A stretch of 13,326 bases of DNA from Candidatus Bathyarchaeota archaeon (lineage in GTDB: Archaea; Thermoproteota; Bathyarchaeia; Bathyarchaeales; Bathycorpusculaceae), in assembly GCA_963768425.1 (NCBI GenBank), contig CAVYHV010000032.1:1-13326 (forward strand), given 5' to 3'. The notes under the pieces are model-generated. The model was not told the origin of the DNA. It saw only the letters and a program-made list of their open reading frames with translations, and ran no database searches. Both the position numbers and the translations under genes were made by a program. Positions 1 through 8,535 of this stretch are shown in pieces. How positions within the stretch are numbered: the first letter of the stretch is position 1; every line of letters starts with the position of its first letter.

Positions 1-1
1 A

Positions 2-1006
2 AAATGCTGCTTGTGCGCCAGGCGGTGCCTCATAAATGATGATTCGACAGGTTTTTGTCTGGTTCGAAAAAACCAAGGCGGCATCCTCTACACGCTCAAC
101 TACGCTAAAGCCGTGTCAGCTGGCGTGGACCCAATCAGCAAAAAGCCCCTATCACATTTCAACCCAGGAGCGTTAGTCCTGTCAGTTGCTGCGGCAGGCT
201 GCAATTTCCGCTGCCAATTCTGCGACAACTGGATGATAAGCCAAGACAAAGAAGTCGCGGGCAGACCTTTCCCTCCCGACGAAGTGGTTAAATCCGCTCT
301 GGATAGCCAGTGCCAGGGAATAAGCTTCACTTACACGGAGCCAACTATCTTCATGGAGTATGCTTACGACACAGCGAAGCTGGCGCATGAAGCAGGTTTG
401 TTCAACACATTTGTCACCAATGGCTACATGACACCTGAAGCAGTCAGAACCATCGCCCCATACTTGGATGCTGCAACGGTCGATTTCAAAGGCGGAGGCG
501 ACCCAGACTTCTATAAATCCGTGATGGCTGTGCCAAACGTCGAGCACATCTACGAAACCCTAAAAGAACTCAAACTTGGCGGCGTCCATATAGAAATCAC
601 CAACTTGGTTGTGCCGAAAATAGGCGATTCTATGGGCAAAATTCTGGAGATGGCAACTTGGATAAAGAATTATTTGGGGGCAGACACGCCTTTCCACCTT
701 CTTCGATTCCACCCTGACTACAAACTTACTACAGTCCCAGCGACAAGCATTCCCGACATGGAGAAAGCATACATGACCGCTAAACATGCAGGTTTAAACT
801 ACGTCTATCTTGGAAACGTGCCTGGTCATGCTTCGGAAAACACTTACTGCCCGAACTGCAACGAAGCAATAATCAGGCGCAACGGCTTCGACATAACCCA
901 GTGGAAACTCACCAGTGACATGCGATGCCCCGTCTGCGGACAAGCAATCCCTATAAAAGGTAAACTATACCAGTCCAACCTGCGCTACCCCTACTCCTTG
1001 CTCTAG
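2..1006 (+). CDS. amrS: AmmeMemoRadiSam system radical SAM enzyme (PFL-activase-like), 5'-truncated by the window edge
   Basis: Radical SAM motif GCNFRCQFCDNW, plus DPISKKPLSHFNPG, SFTYTEPT, FVTNGY, RFHPDY and C-terminal CPNC/CPVC. The frame is open from base 2 (K-C-C-L-C-A-R-R-C, an N-terminal CxxCxxxC), so the true start lies upstream and TTG at 11 is internal. Confidence 0.88.
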   Translation, partial: KCCLCARRCLINDDSTGFCLVRKNQGGILYTLNYAKAVSAGVDPISKKPLSHFNPGALVLSVAAAGCNFRCQFCDNWMISQDKEVAGRPFPPDEVVKSALDSQCQGISFTYTEPTIFMEYAYDTAKLAHEAGLFNTFVTNGYMTPEAVRTIAPYLDAATVDFKGGGDPDFYKSVMAVPNVEHIYETLKELKLGGVHIEITNLVVPKIGDSMGKILEMATWIKNYLGADTPFHLLRFHPDYKLTTVPATSIPDMEKAYMTAKHAGLNYVYLGNVPGHASENTYCPNCNEAIIRRNGFDITQWKLTSDMRCPVCGQAIPIKGKLYQSNLRYPYSLL

Positions 1007-1119
1007 AAAACCGACGAGTAAACGAGTTTTCTCGACTTAATCATGTGGAAAGACAGTAATTCAGACTGAACGATGGGAATGCAAACCTTTGAAAGAGTAT
1101 ATAGCTGGAACTGCTAGAT

Positions 1120-1857
1120 TTAGACGTAGAGTAATCCGATGCCTGCCCATTTTTGGTTTGGGTTTTCAATTATTTCCGTGTGGGGATATCTGTTTTTTAT
1201 TTCGGACCAGTATCGGTCTACTTCGCTGACGCCTAAGTCGTGACCACAGATGTCGTGAAATGCGACTAAGCCGCCCTTGCGTACAAGTGGGCTGTACATT
1301 TCAAAGTCTTTTTTGACTCCCTCATAGGTGTGGTCGCCGTCGATGAAAAGAAAATCTATTTTTTCACCTTTTAACGCTGACTTTGCTTTCGACAGGCTTG
1401 ACGGATTGTGGGAATCGCCTCTTAAAAGGGTTAATTGTTGGCCTGTCTGGATGAAACTGGCAAGGCGAGAAGTTTTAAAGCGGTCGTACCCGCGTTTAAT
1501 CGACTGTTCACTGGGCAAATCTAGGCTGATGATTTTTGCGTCGGATGGCAGTGTCCAGCTGAACAGAAATAGTGTTCCTCCGTTGCGTGTGCCAATCTCC
1601 ATCATAGACTTAACGTTTCTTTTTCGAAGCATCGAGAGCAAAGTGCCTATTTCTCTTTTAACCTGCTGAAGACTATTGCTCCAACCTAACGGTTTCAAAG
1701 GCGCGGAAACGTTGGAGATGACGCTAATTAATTCCTCAGTTTTTACGCTTCTCTGCGCCCTAAGTTTGAGCGAGGAACCGGCTGTGTGCCCAAGGAATTC
1801 ATATATGAACGGGTAGTCATGCATCATGTAAATTATGATTTTTCCATACTGCACCAT
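1120..1857 (-). CDS. Class I SAM-dependent methyltransferase (Methyltransf_24-like); start uncertain
   Basis: Motif I MEIGTRNGGT, then ISLDLP, LLRGDSH, DFLFIDGDHTYEGVKKDF, GGLVAFHDI and C-terminal WAGIGLL. Downstream in-frame ATGs (YMMHD) are alternative starts. Confidence 0.85.
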   Translation of the reverse strand: MVQYGKIIIYMMHDYPFIYEFLGHTAGSSLKLRAQRSVKTEELISVISNVSAPLKPLGWSNSLQQVKREIGTLLSMLRKRNVKSMMEIGTRNGGTLFLFSWTLPSDAKIISLDLPSEQSIKRGYDRFKTSRLASFIQTGQQLTLLRGDSHNPSSLSKAKSALKGEKIDFLFIDGDHTYEGVKKDFEMYSPLVRKGGLVAFHDICGHDLGVSEVDRYWSEIKNRYPHTEIIENPNQKWAGIGLLYV

Positions 1858-2098
1858 GATTCGCTAACTGCCCCGTCTTTCGCCTCTTGACTTGTCTTCT
1901 CGTGTTTTGGTATAAAGATTTTCCTACTTTAGGGCTAAAAAACTGCAACAGACCAATTGGAAATCGGAGATCGGTTCTGAGAAGGGCTGAAGGCGACGGA
2001 AACAAGAAGAAAGAACATATAGGTCAGGGTTTGAAGCGTTTAGATAAGACATTTTATTAGGGCAGAGCCGGAGACTGCATTGTGAAAGTGCCAAACTG

Positions 2099-2968
2099 AT
2101 GGTTAAGTACTACGCTTTGGCGGTCTGTACCAGTTACTGGAAACCAAAAGACGATTACGTAACCAAGATAATCGATGCTTTAGCCGAGAGAATTGAAAAC
2201 GGGGACTTTGTGGTCATCTCTGAAAAAGCAGTCTCAACTGCTAAAGGCTGTATAATAGATGAAAAAGAGATAAAACCTAATTTAGCAGCCAAGGGTTTGG
2301 CGCGTTTTTGGATGCGGATAGCCTGGGGCTACCCTGTTGGGATAATGTGCCGCTTTGGGCAAAGATTGTTGAAAAGGTTGAGGAATTATCCGCTTGAATC
2401 GGGGAGCAGACATAAACAGTTGACGCTCGAACGGGCGGGTGTTTTGCAGGCGCTTATGTTTGGGTCTGAAGGCGGCATCGACGGCTCAAACCTTCCTTAC
2501 TCTTACGTGTCATTGCCTTTGGAAAACGCAGCTGAAGTGGCAGATGAAATTCAGAAACAGATTCAACAAAAGTTGAACAAAAATGTCTGCGTCATTGTGG
2601 CTGACACCGACAAAACTTACAAGTTCAGAAATTTCTTTTTTACGCCAAGGCCGAAACCAATGAAGGGCATAAATTCCTTCGGAGGCGCAGCGACCTACAT
2701 TGTTGGCAGGGTTCTTAAGCTGAAGAAAAGCTCAACGCCTTTAGCCGTCGCCGGATGCAGCCTTCAAGCTATCCAAGCATTAACAATCACAAACATAGCT
2801 GACAGAGCGAGAGGCCCCGGTTCAGGTGCAACAGTTTGGGATATGGCATCCCGGTTTCAAGTGGATGTCAACGCAGTAAGTTGGGAGATGCTGTCCACCA
2901 TCAAACATAAACCTCTGGTTATAGTGCGTAAAACCTCGGCGAACAAGGTTAATAGCTGGGACAAATAA
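2099..2968 (+). CDS. Coenzyme F420-0:L-glutamate ligase (CofE)-family protein
   Basis: GDFVVISEKAVSTAKG, GGIDGSN, LPLENA, VCVIVADTD and C-terminal PLVIVR are F420-ligase family motifs. The protein is divergent from canonical CofE, so no symbol is given. Confidence 0.72.
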   Translation: MVKYYALAVCTSYWKPKDDYVTKIIDALAERIENGDFVVISEKAVSTAKGCIIDEKEIKPNLAAKGLARFWMRIAWGYPVGIMCRFGQRLLKRLRNYPLESGSRHKQLTLERAGVLQALMFGSEGGIDGSNLPYSYVSLPLENAAEVADEIQKQIQQKLNKNVCVIVADTDKTYKFRNFFFTPRPKPMKGINSFGGAATYIVGRVLKLKKSSTPLAVAGCSLQAIQALTITNIADRARGPGSGATVWDMASRFQVDVNAVSWEMLSTIKHKPLVIVRKTSANKVNSWDK

Positions 2969-3054
2969 TGTTCTATTGGAAAACCGCGTTTTCGAGCAGT
3001 AACAGATAAAAACAAGATTTGGAGCCAACTTACGGTTACAAGGTGAAAAGTGAC

Positions 3055-4554
3055 ATGGAAGAAGCATTAAGGAAATTAGATGCTTTCTTTAATCCCAAAG
3101 CAGTTGCAGTAGTCGGAGCCACAAAAAAAATTGACAAAGCAGGATTCGTTATCTTCAAAAACTTCTCAACGAGCAAACTGCGTGGAGTCTTCAAAGGAGA
3201 ACTCTATCCTGTTAACCCAAACGAAGACTCAATCCTGGGATTCAAATGCTACAAAGCCCTGAGTGAGGTTCCGGGTGCAGTAGACTTAATCGTCATCATC
3301 GTTCCAGCGACGGTTGTACCAAGTGTAATGGAGGAAGCCGTAGGAAAAAAAGTCAAAGCTTGCGTCATCATCAGCGCTGGCTTCAAGGAAGTTGGGAACG
3401 TTGAACTTGAAGAGCAAGTGGTCGCTATCGCCAAGAAAGGCGGAATACGCGTCTTGGGACCTAACTGCTTAGGAGTTTACTACTCAAAAACAGGTATAGA
3501 TACTCTTTTTCTCCCAGAAACGAAAACCCTCACAACAGGAGACGAAGTCGTTGCGACACCCAGACCGATGCCTGGAAACATCGCGATGATTACCCAAAGC
3601 GGTGCCTTCGGATCCGCAGCTCTAGACTTCTTAACAGGTCGCCAAATGGGCGTAAGCAAATTCGTCAGCTTCGGCAACAAATGCGACGTAGACGAATCAG
3701 ACATCCTTCACTACCTACTTTACGATAAAGAAACCCACGTGACGCTCATGTACTTGGAAGACGTTAAGAATGGGCGAAAGTTCCTGGAAATAGCGAAAAA
3801 AGTAACGCTCAAAAAACCCGTTGTCGTAATCAAAACTGGCAGGAGCTCCGCAGGCGCTCGAGCCGCCGCGTCTCACACAGGCGCTATCGCCGGCTCAGAC
3901 AAAATCTATGATGCAGCATTCAAGCAGGGAGGCGTTATCAGGGCAAGAGACATGGATGAGTTTTTCGGCATGGGTAAAGCCCTTGCTATGCAGCCGCCAG
4001 CCACTGGCAGAAACATCGGGATACTCACGGATGCAGGAGGACCCGGCGTCATGACCGTGGATGAATGCGAGTTTTTAGACTTGACGGTTAACAAGTTCTC
4101 TGATGACATCCTCAAGAAGTTCCAAGAGCTTAAAGACCAAAACCTCATTCTAAAGATTTCCGCAACGTCGAACCCAGTTGACTTAACAGGATCAGTCACC
4201 GACGACCAGTTTGTAACCTCCGCTGACCTGATGTTCCAAGACCCAGAAATCGACGGCATCATCCTGCTGGGACTTCATCACATGCCTGGACTGCGGGAAA
4301 AATACATCGACGGCATAGTCAAAATCTCCTCGAAATACCTTAAACCCATCGTGATGTGCGACATCGGCGAAACAGAAATGGCGCTCTACACACGCTCGAG
4401 ATTCGACAGGCTCTGCGTGCCATCTTACTCTTCGCCAGAAGGCGCAGCGCGAGCCATGAAGGCACTGGTAACTTGGGGCGAATACCTTGAAAGAAACGGC
4501 GCTGCAGATGAACGAATTGCATTCATAAAGAAATACTGTCTAATTAAACCGTAA
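3055..4554 (+). CDS. acdA: ADP-forming acetyl/acyl-CoA synthetase, alpha subunit
   Basis: FFNPKAVAVVGA, YPVNP, IISAGFKE, RVLGPNCLG, TQSGAFG, SFGNKCDV, phospho-His motif ASHTGAIAG, TDAGGPGV and NPVDLTG. ATG 3055 has SD-like AGGTGA at 3041-3046 and is preferred over TTG 3019. Confidence 0.9.
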   Translation: MEEALRKLDAFFNPKAVAVVGATKKIDKAGFVIFKNFSTSKLRGVFKGELYPVNPNEDSILGFKCYKALSEVPGAVDLIVIIVPATVVPSVMEEAVGKKVKACVIISAGFKEVGNVELEEQVVAIAKKGGIRVLGPNCLGVYYSKTGIDTLFLPETKTLTTGDEVVATPRPMPGNIAMITQSGAFGSAALDFLTGRQMGVSKFVSFGNKCDVDESDILHYLLYDKETHVTLMYLEDVKNGRKFLEIAKKVTLKKPVVVIKTGRSSAGARAAASHTGAIAGSDKIYDAAFKQGGVIRARDMDEFFGMGKALAMQPPATGRNIGILTDAGGPGVMTVDECEFLDLTVNKFSDDILKKFQELKDQNLILKISATSNPVDLTGSVTDDQFVTSADLMFQDPEIDGIILLGLHHMPGLREKYIDGIVKISSKYLKPIVMCDIGETEMALYTRSRFDRLCVPSYSSPEGAARAMKALVTWGEYLERNGAADERIAFIKKYCLIKP

Positions 4555-4930
4555 CCAAAACGCAGACTTCACTGCCGTCCACCAGTTTGAGACGTTCCCG
4601 CAAATTCAAAGCGGAAACAACTTCCAACACCTCTTTTGGGTAGCCGGGTACCTTCGGCTGCACAATTCCACAATTCAAGCCTTCAATGTACGCCTCGATT
4701 AGGATTCCCGTGCAGAAACCTTTCTCCGGCAGAATCTCGGATTTTTTAGCTTTTTCAAGCATTTCTTTCTGCATTGCGCTTTCTTTTGTTAGGCAAATGT
4801 TTAGTGTTCCAGCGTAAGGAGTAAAACCAAGTTTTTCTATTATCTGCCGCTTAACCCAAGGTAAACCGATGAATTTTCTTCCATTGCCGTTTCCAGAAAA
4901 AACAGTGCCTTTGAAGGTTATTTGACGCAA
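4544..4930 (-). CDS. ribK: Archaeal CTP-dependent riboflavin kinase (no N-terminal HTH)
   Basis: GTVFSGNGNGRKFI, LGFTPYAGTLN and VLEVVSALNLRERLKLVDG match the MJ0056-type family. TTG start; the 3' end overlaps acdA convergently by 11 bp. Confidence 0.88.
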   Translation of the reverse strand: MRQITFKGTVFSGNGNGRKFIGLPWVKRQIIEKLGFTPYAGTLNICLTKESAMQKEMLEKAKKSEILPEKGFCTGILIEAYIEGLNCGIVQPKVPGYPKEVLEVVSALNLRERLKLVDGSEVCVLVTV

Positions 4931-4951
4931 AAAATAGCCTTCATTTAAGGC

Positions 4952-5329
4952 TTACTTCTGCTGTTTTAGCCATATTGCAACCTGTTTCAGAACAGGGTCT
5001 GTTGATATATCGACTACTGGGACAATCATTTTCTCTTTGGTTTCAATTGTCTGCGCGTATTTCGGCATGAGCGAGTAGCCAACAAAGGTCCAAAAGACCT
5101 TGCGGTTCTCTAGCAGCTCCCTGGCAACTGCTGTTGTTGAGGCTGGAAGGGGAAAATACAGGAAGACTACGCCTTCAACCCAGTAAAGGCCTGCTAGTTT
5201 GCCACCTGCTATAACAGAGGTAAATCTTGCAATGTCTTCAGGTGTGTTGAAGAGGGTTTTCTCCATAACCACGATTTCTTTAAACGGCGAATAAGAAATG
5301 CTTACTTCAGGTACACTCATAACAATCAT
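4952..5329 (-). CDS. Hypothetical protein (about 122-125 aa); start may be ATG 5320
   Basis: Clean ORF with globular composition (LYWVEGVVFLYFP, IVPVVDIS) that fills the gap and lies 21 bp upstream of ribK on the same strand. Confidence 0.75.
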   Translation of the reverse strand: MIVMSVPEVSISYSPFKEIVVMEKTLFNTPEDIARFTSVIAGGKLAGLYWVEGVVFLYFPLPASTTAVARELLENRKVFWTFVGYSLMPKYAQTIETKEKMIVPVVDISTDPVLKQVAIWLKQQK

Positions 5330-5453
5330 CTTAGCTGGCTAGCTAGTGTGTGAGCGCTTCCCTTTTAATTTTGCCATGCCCTTTAGAAAAAGTTATAGCG
5401 TAGGTGAACATTAAGCCTTCACTAACATAATACACTCGGATGGTTACCCCTCA

Positions 5454-6539
5454 ATGCCTGAAATACGTGTAGCATTAGTCGGCGTTGGCAACAGCGCATC
5501 AGCCCTGATTCAGGGAACACAATTCTATAAGGACGCAGAAGAAAACACAACCGTCCCAGGATTAATGCATGTAAATTACGGCGGTTACCACATCCGCGAC
5601 ATCCACTTCGTCGCCGCGTTTGAAGTTAACAAAGACAAAATTGGCAAAGATCTCTCCGAAGCCATCTGGGTCAAACCCAATGTGTGCGAAAAATTCAGCG
5701 ACGTCCCCAACTTGGGCGTTAAGGTTTCGCCGGGAATCATACTTGACGGTGCAGCACCCCACATGAGGGAAACATTCAACGTTTACGACGACGCCAAAAC
5801 CACACAGGAAAGCATCGTCAAAACTCTCAAAGACAGCAAAACCCAAGTTTTGGTGAATTACTTGCCTGTCGGCAGCCACGACGCCGTTCGATTCTACGCG
5901 CAGTGCGCAATAGACGCGGGATGCGCTTTTGTGAACTGTATGCCTGAGTTTATCGGGTCGGACAAGAGTGGGGAGTGGCCTAAGAAATTTGAGAAAGCAG
6001 ATTTGCCTGTGCTTGGGGACGATATTAAGAGTCAGGTTGGCGCTACAATTTTGCATCGCACTCTTGTGCGATTGTGTTTGGATCGGGGTACGATTGTTGA
6101 TGAGACTTATCAGCTTAATTTGGGCGGCGACACAGACTTCCAAAACATGACTGTGGAGAGTCGCCTTACGTCTAAGCGCATCAGCAAAACTGAAGCCGTT
6201 ACAAGCCTGGTGCCCTATAACTTGCCAACACGCATTGGACCCAGCGATTATGTGCCGTTCCTAAAGAACAAGAAAATCTGCTACATCTCACTTAAAACCC
6301 GAGCGTTCGGCAACCGACCCATAACCATCAGCGCAAAACTTGAAGTTGAAGACAGCCCCAATAGCGCAGGCGTAGTTATCGACCTGATTCGAGCGGCAAA
6401 AATCGCATTAGACCGCAAAATCTCCGGTACCCTGCTAAGCATGCCAAGCTATGCGTTTAAGCATCCGCCGGTTCAGGTTCCTGATTCGCAGGCGCGGCAG
6501 TGGACTGAAGATTGGATAGATGGCAAAAGAGAACGATAA
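5454..6539 (+). CDS. ino1: myo-inositol-1(3)-phosphate synthase
   Basis: IRVALVGVGNSASALIQG, VNYLPVGS, GDDIKSQVGAT, YQLNLGGDTDF, SKRISKT, IGPSDYVPFL and VEDSPNSAGV match the actinobacterial/archaeal type. Confidence 0.96.
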   Translation: MPEIRVALVGVGNSASALIQGTQFYKDAEENTTVPGLMHVNYGGYHIRDIHFVAAFEVNKDKIGKDLSEAIWVKPNVCEKFSDVPNLGVKVSPGIILDGAAPHMRETFNVYDDAKTTQESIVKTLKDSKTQVLVNYLPVGSHDAVRFYAQCAIDAGCAFVNCMPEFIGSDKSGEWPKKFEKADLPVLGDDIKSQVGATILHRTLVRLCLDRGTIVDETYQLNLGGDTDFQNMTVESRLTSKRISKTEAVTSLVPYNLPTRIGPSDYVPFLKNKKICYISLKTRAFGNRPITISAKLEVEDSPNSAGVVIDLIRAAKIALDRKISGTLLSMPSYAFKHPPVQVPDSQARQWTEDWIDGKRER

Positions 6540-6618
6540 GCCTTTTTTCTTTCTGTGAAACCTTTTTTAGCTTGAAGAAGAAAAAGGATATTGACAGTAT
6601 TTAGAAGGTTTGAAATGA

Positions 6619-7035
6619 ATGGTTAAAGTTGAATCTTACGAAGTGCCTGAGGGGCTCTATTTTTCGAAGGATTTTGAATGGATAAAGATCGAAGGCGACA
6701 AAATCCGCATGGGCATCACTGACTACGCGCAGAAGGCTTTAAGAGAAATCGTTTATGCTGAATTGCCCAGCGTAGGCACTGAAGTCAAGCAAGGCGAGCC
6801 TTACGGTACACTGGAATCTGTCAAAGCCGTGTCAGACCTTGTTGCCGCAGCAACCGGAACCATAGTAGAAATCAACGAAGAAGTCCAGTCAAAACCTGAA
6901 ATCCTCAATGAGGACCCATACGGAAAAGCCTGGTTAATCATTGTTAAACCCTCAAACCTGCAGGCGGAACTCGCCAACTTGATGGATTTTGACAAAGCCG
7001 TCGAATGGCACAAATGTCAAGTCCAACAAAAATAA
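6619..7035 (+). CDS. gcvH: Glycine cleavage system H protein (lipoyl carrier)
   Basis: EWIKIEG, MGITDYAQKAL, lipoyl-lysine motif LESVKAVSDL and NEDPYGKAWL. Confidence 0.93.
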   Translation: MVKVESYEVPEGLYFSKDFEWIKIEGDKIRMGITDYAQKALREIVYAELPSVGTEVKQGEPYGTLESVKAVSDLVAAATGTIVEINEEVQSKPEILNEDPYGKAWLIIVKPSNLQAELANLMDFDKAVEWHKCQVQQK

Positions 7036-7051
7036 GTTGAAGGCAACCGCC

Positions 7052-8398
7052 ATGGCAAGACGCGTAATCGTCATCGGAGCAAACGCTGCCGGCGTCGAAG
7101 CAGCTTCAGCAGCACGCAAAAAAGACCGAACAGCCGAAATCACCCTCATAACCCAGGAAAAGACCGCTGGGTACTCACGTTGCGGATTGCCCTTCGTGAT
7201 CGGCGGGCAAATCCCAAGCTTCAGTGATTTGGTTGTTTACCCAGCAGCTTATTTCCAGATGCTTAAGCTGAACCTGCGCAATGAAACAAAAGCCACGACC
7301 ATCAACACTAAAGAAAAAACCGTTACCCTCCAAACTAAAGAAGGAGCAACCGAAGTTCTCCAATACGATAGCCTGGTCATTTCAACTGGCGCTGACTCAT
7401 TCACTCCCCCGATCAAAGGCAGAGAAAAACCCGGGGTGCTAAGCCTCCGCGGCATTGAAGATGGCGAAAAAATCGATGCAGCTGTCAAAGCAGGAGCGAA
7501 ATCCGCGGTTATTATGGGCGCTGGCTTGATCGGCTTGGAACTTGGCGTCGCTTTGATCGAGCGTGGGCTGAAGGTTACGGTTGTGGAAATGTTGCCTCAA
7601 ATTCTGCCTCAGCTGCTTGACGCGGACATGGCGCAGCAGGTTGCGGCACATCTGCAAGAGAAAGGCATGACTATTCTCCTGAGCAAACCCGTTGAGGAAT
7701 TCCTCGGCGACACAAAAGTTACAGCTATCATGGCTGGAGGAGAAAAAATCGAAGCCGACCTATTTGTCAGCTCTTTTGGCGTCAGAGCCAACACGAAACT
7801 TGCCGCCGACGCAGGCATACCTTTGGGCGAAACCCGAGCGATCAAAACGAATGCGCGCATGGAAACAGACGTTAAAGACGTATACGCTGTAGGCGACTGC
7901 GCTGAAGCCCCAAACATCATAACACACAGATCTACCTGCGCTCAACTCGGCACGATTGCGGTTCGAGAAGGCAAAGTTGCCGGAGCAAACGCAGGCGGCG
8001 GCTACTCACAATTCTCAGGAGTCCTAGCTTCAGCAGTGACCAGACTCTTCGATATCGAAGCGGGCGCAACAGGTATAAGCGAAACAGCCGCAGCACGCAA
8101 CAGAATCGAAGTGGTCATAGGCGCGATTAGCAGCAAAACCAAAGCCGACTACTACCCAACAGCTAAACCCATCAAAGTCAAACTCATCGTCGAAAAAGAG
8201 TCGGAGCGCATAATCGGAGCCCAAATAGTCGGCGGAGAAGAAGTCACCCAACGCATAAACGCCCTCTCCTTTGCAATTCAGAAGCAGATGACGGTTCGGG
8301 AACTAGCGAAAGCCGACACAGCCTATGCCCCGCCGCTGTGCGAAACATGGGAACCCATGGTTTTAGCCGCAGAAATGGTCCTAATGAAACTCCGCTAA
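7052..8398 (+). CDS. FAD-dependent pyridine nucleotide-disulfide oxidoreductase, NADH oxidase/CoA-disulfide reductase (single-Cys) family
   Basis: FAD motif VIVIGANAAG, redox Cys in YSRCGLPF, YDSLVISTGA, NAD(P) motif IMGAGLIGLE, VYAVGDC, IIGAQIVG and AYAPP. ATG 7052, 16 bp after the gcvH stop, is preferred over TTG 6989 inside gcvH. Confidence 0.9.
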   Translation: MARRVIVIGANAAGVEAASAARKKDRTAEITLITQEKTAGYSRCGLPFVIGGQIPSFSDLVVYPAAYFQMLKLNLRNETKATTINTKEKTVTLQTKEGATEVLQYDSLVISTGADSFTPPIKGREKPGVLSLRGIEDGEKIDAAVKAGAKSAVIMGAGLIGLELGVALIERGLKVTVVEMLPQILPQLLDADMAQQVAAHLQEKGMTILLSKPVEEFLGDTKVTAIMAGGEKIEADLFVSSFGVRANTKLAADAGIPLGETRAIKTNARMETDVKDVYAVGDCAEAPNIITHRSTCAQLGTIAVREGKVAGANAGGGYSQFSGVLASAVTRLFDIEAGATGISETAAARNRIEVVIGAISSKTKADYYPTAKPIKVKLIVEKESERIIGAQIVGGEEVTQRINALSFAIQKQMTVRELAKADTAYAPPLCETWEPMVLAAEMVLMKLR

Positions 8399-8406
8399 AT
8401 CAGCCC

Positions 8407-8422
8407 TTTTTTTCTTCTTTTT
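8407..8422 (+). terminator. Oligo-T archaeal terminator candidate for the gcvH-oxidoreductase transcript
   Basis: TTTTTTTCTTCTTTTT begins 8 bp after the stop at 8398. Confidence 0.55.
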
Positions 8423-8535
8423 ATGAAACAAAATGTCTAACTCAGAAAAAAATCGTTCACAAAAAATAGTCGCAATAGCTACCCCCGGTATAGGCGGCAA
8501 TAGCCACTAGTTTTTTCTTGTTCCGGTATTGGGTT

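Noticed and set aside
5562-6143. 193-aa antisense ORF, and the other short antisense or alternate-frame ORFs inside amrS, acdA, ino1, the oxidoreductase, bfr and eamA
   Set aside because: Fully nested in well-supported genes and lacking motifs; typical shadow ORFs.
8433-8510. 25-codon ORF MSNSEKNRSQKIVAIATPGIGGNSH
   Set aside because: It lies just past a T-rich terminator with no SD or promoter, and its length is within chance expectation.
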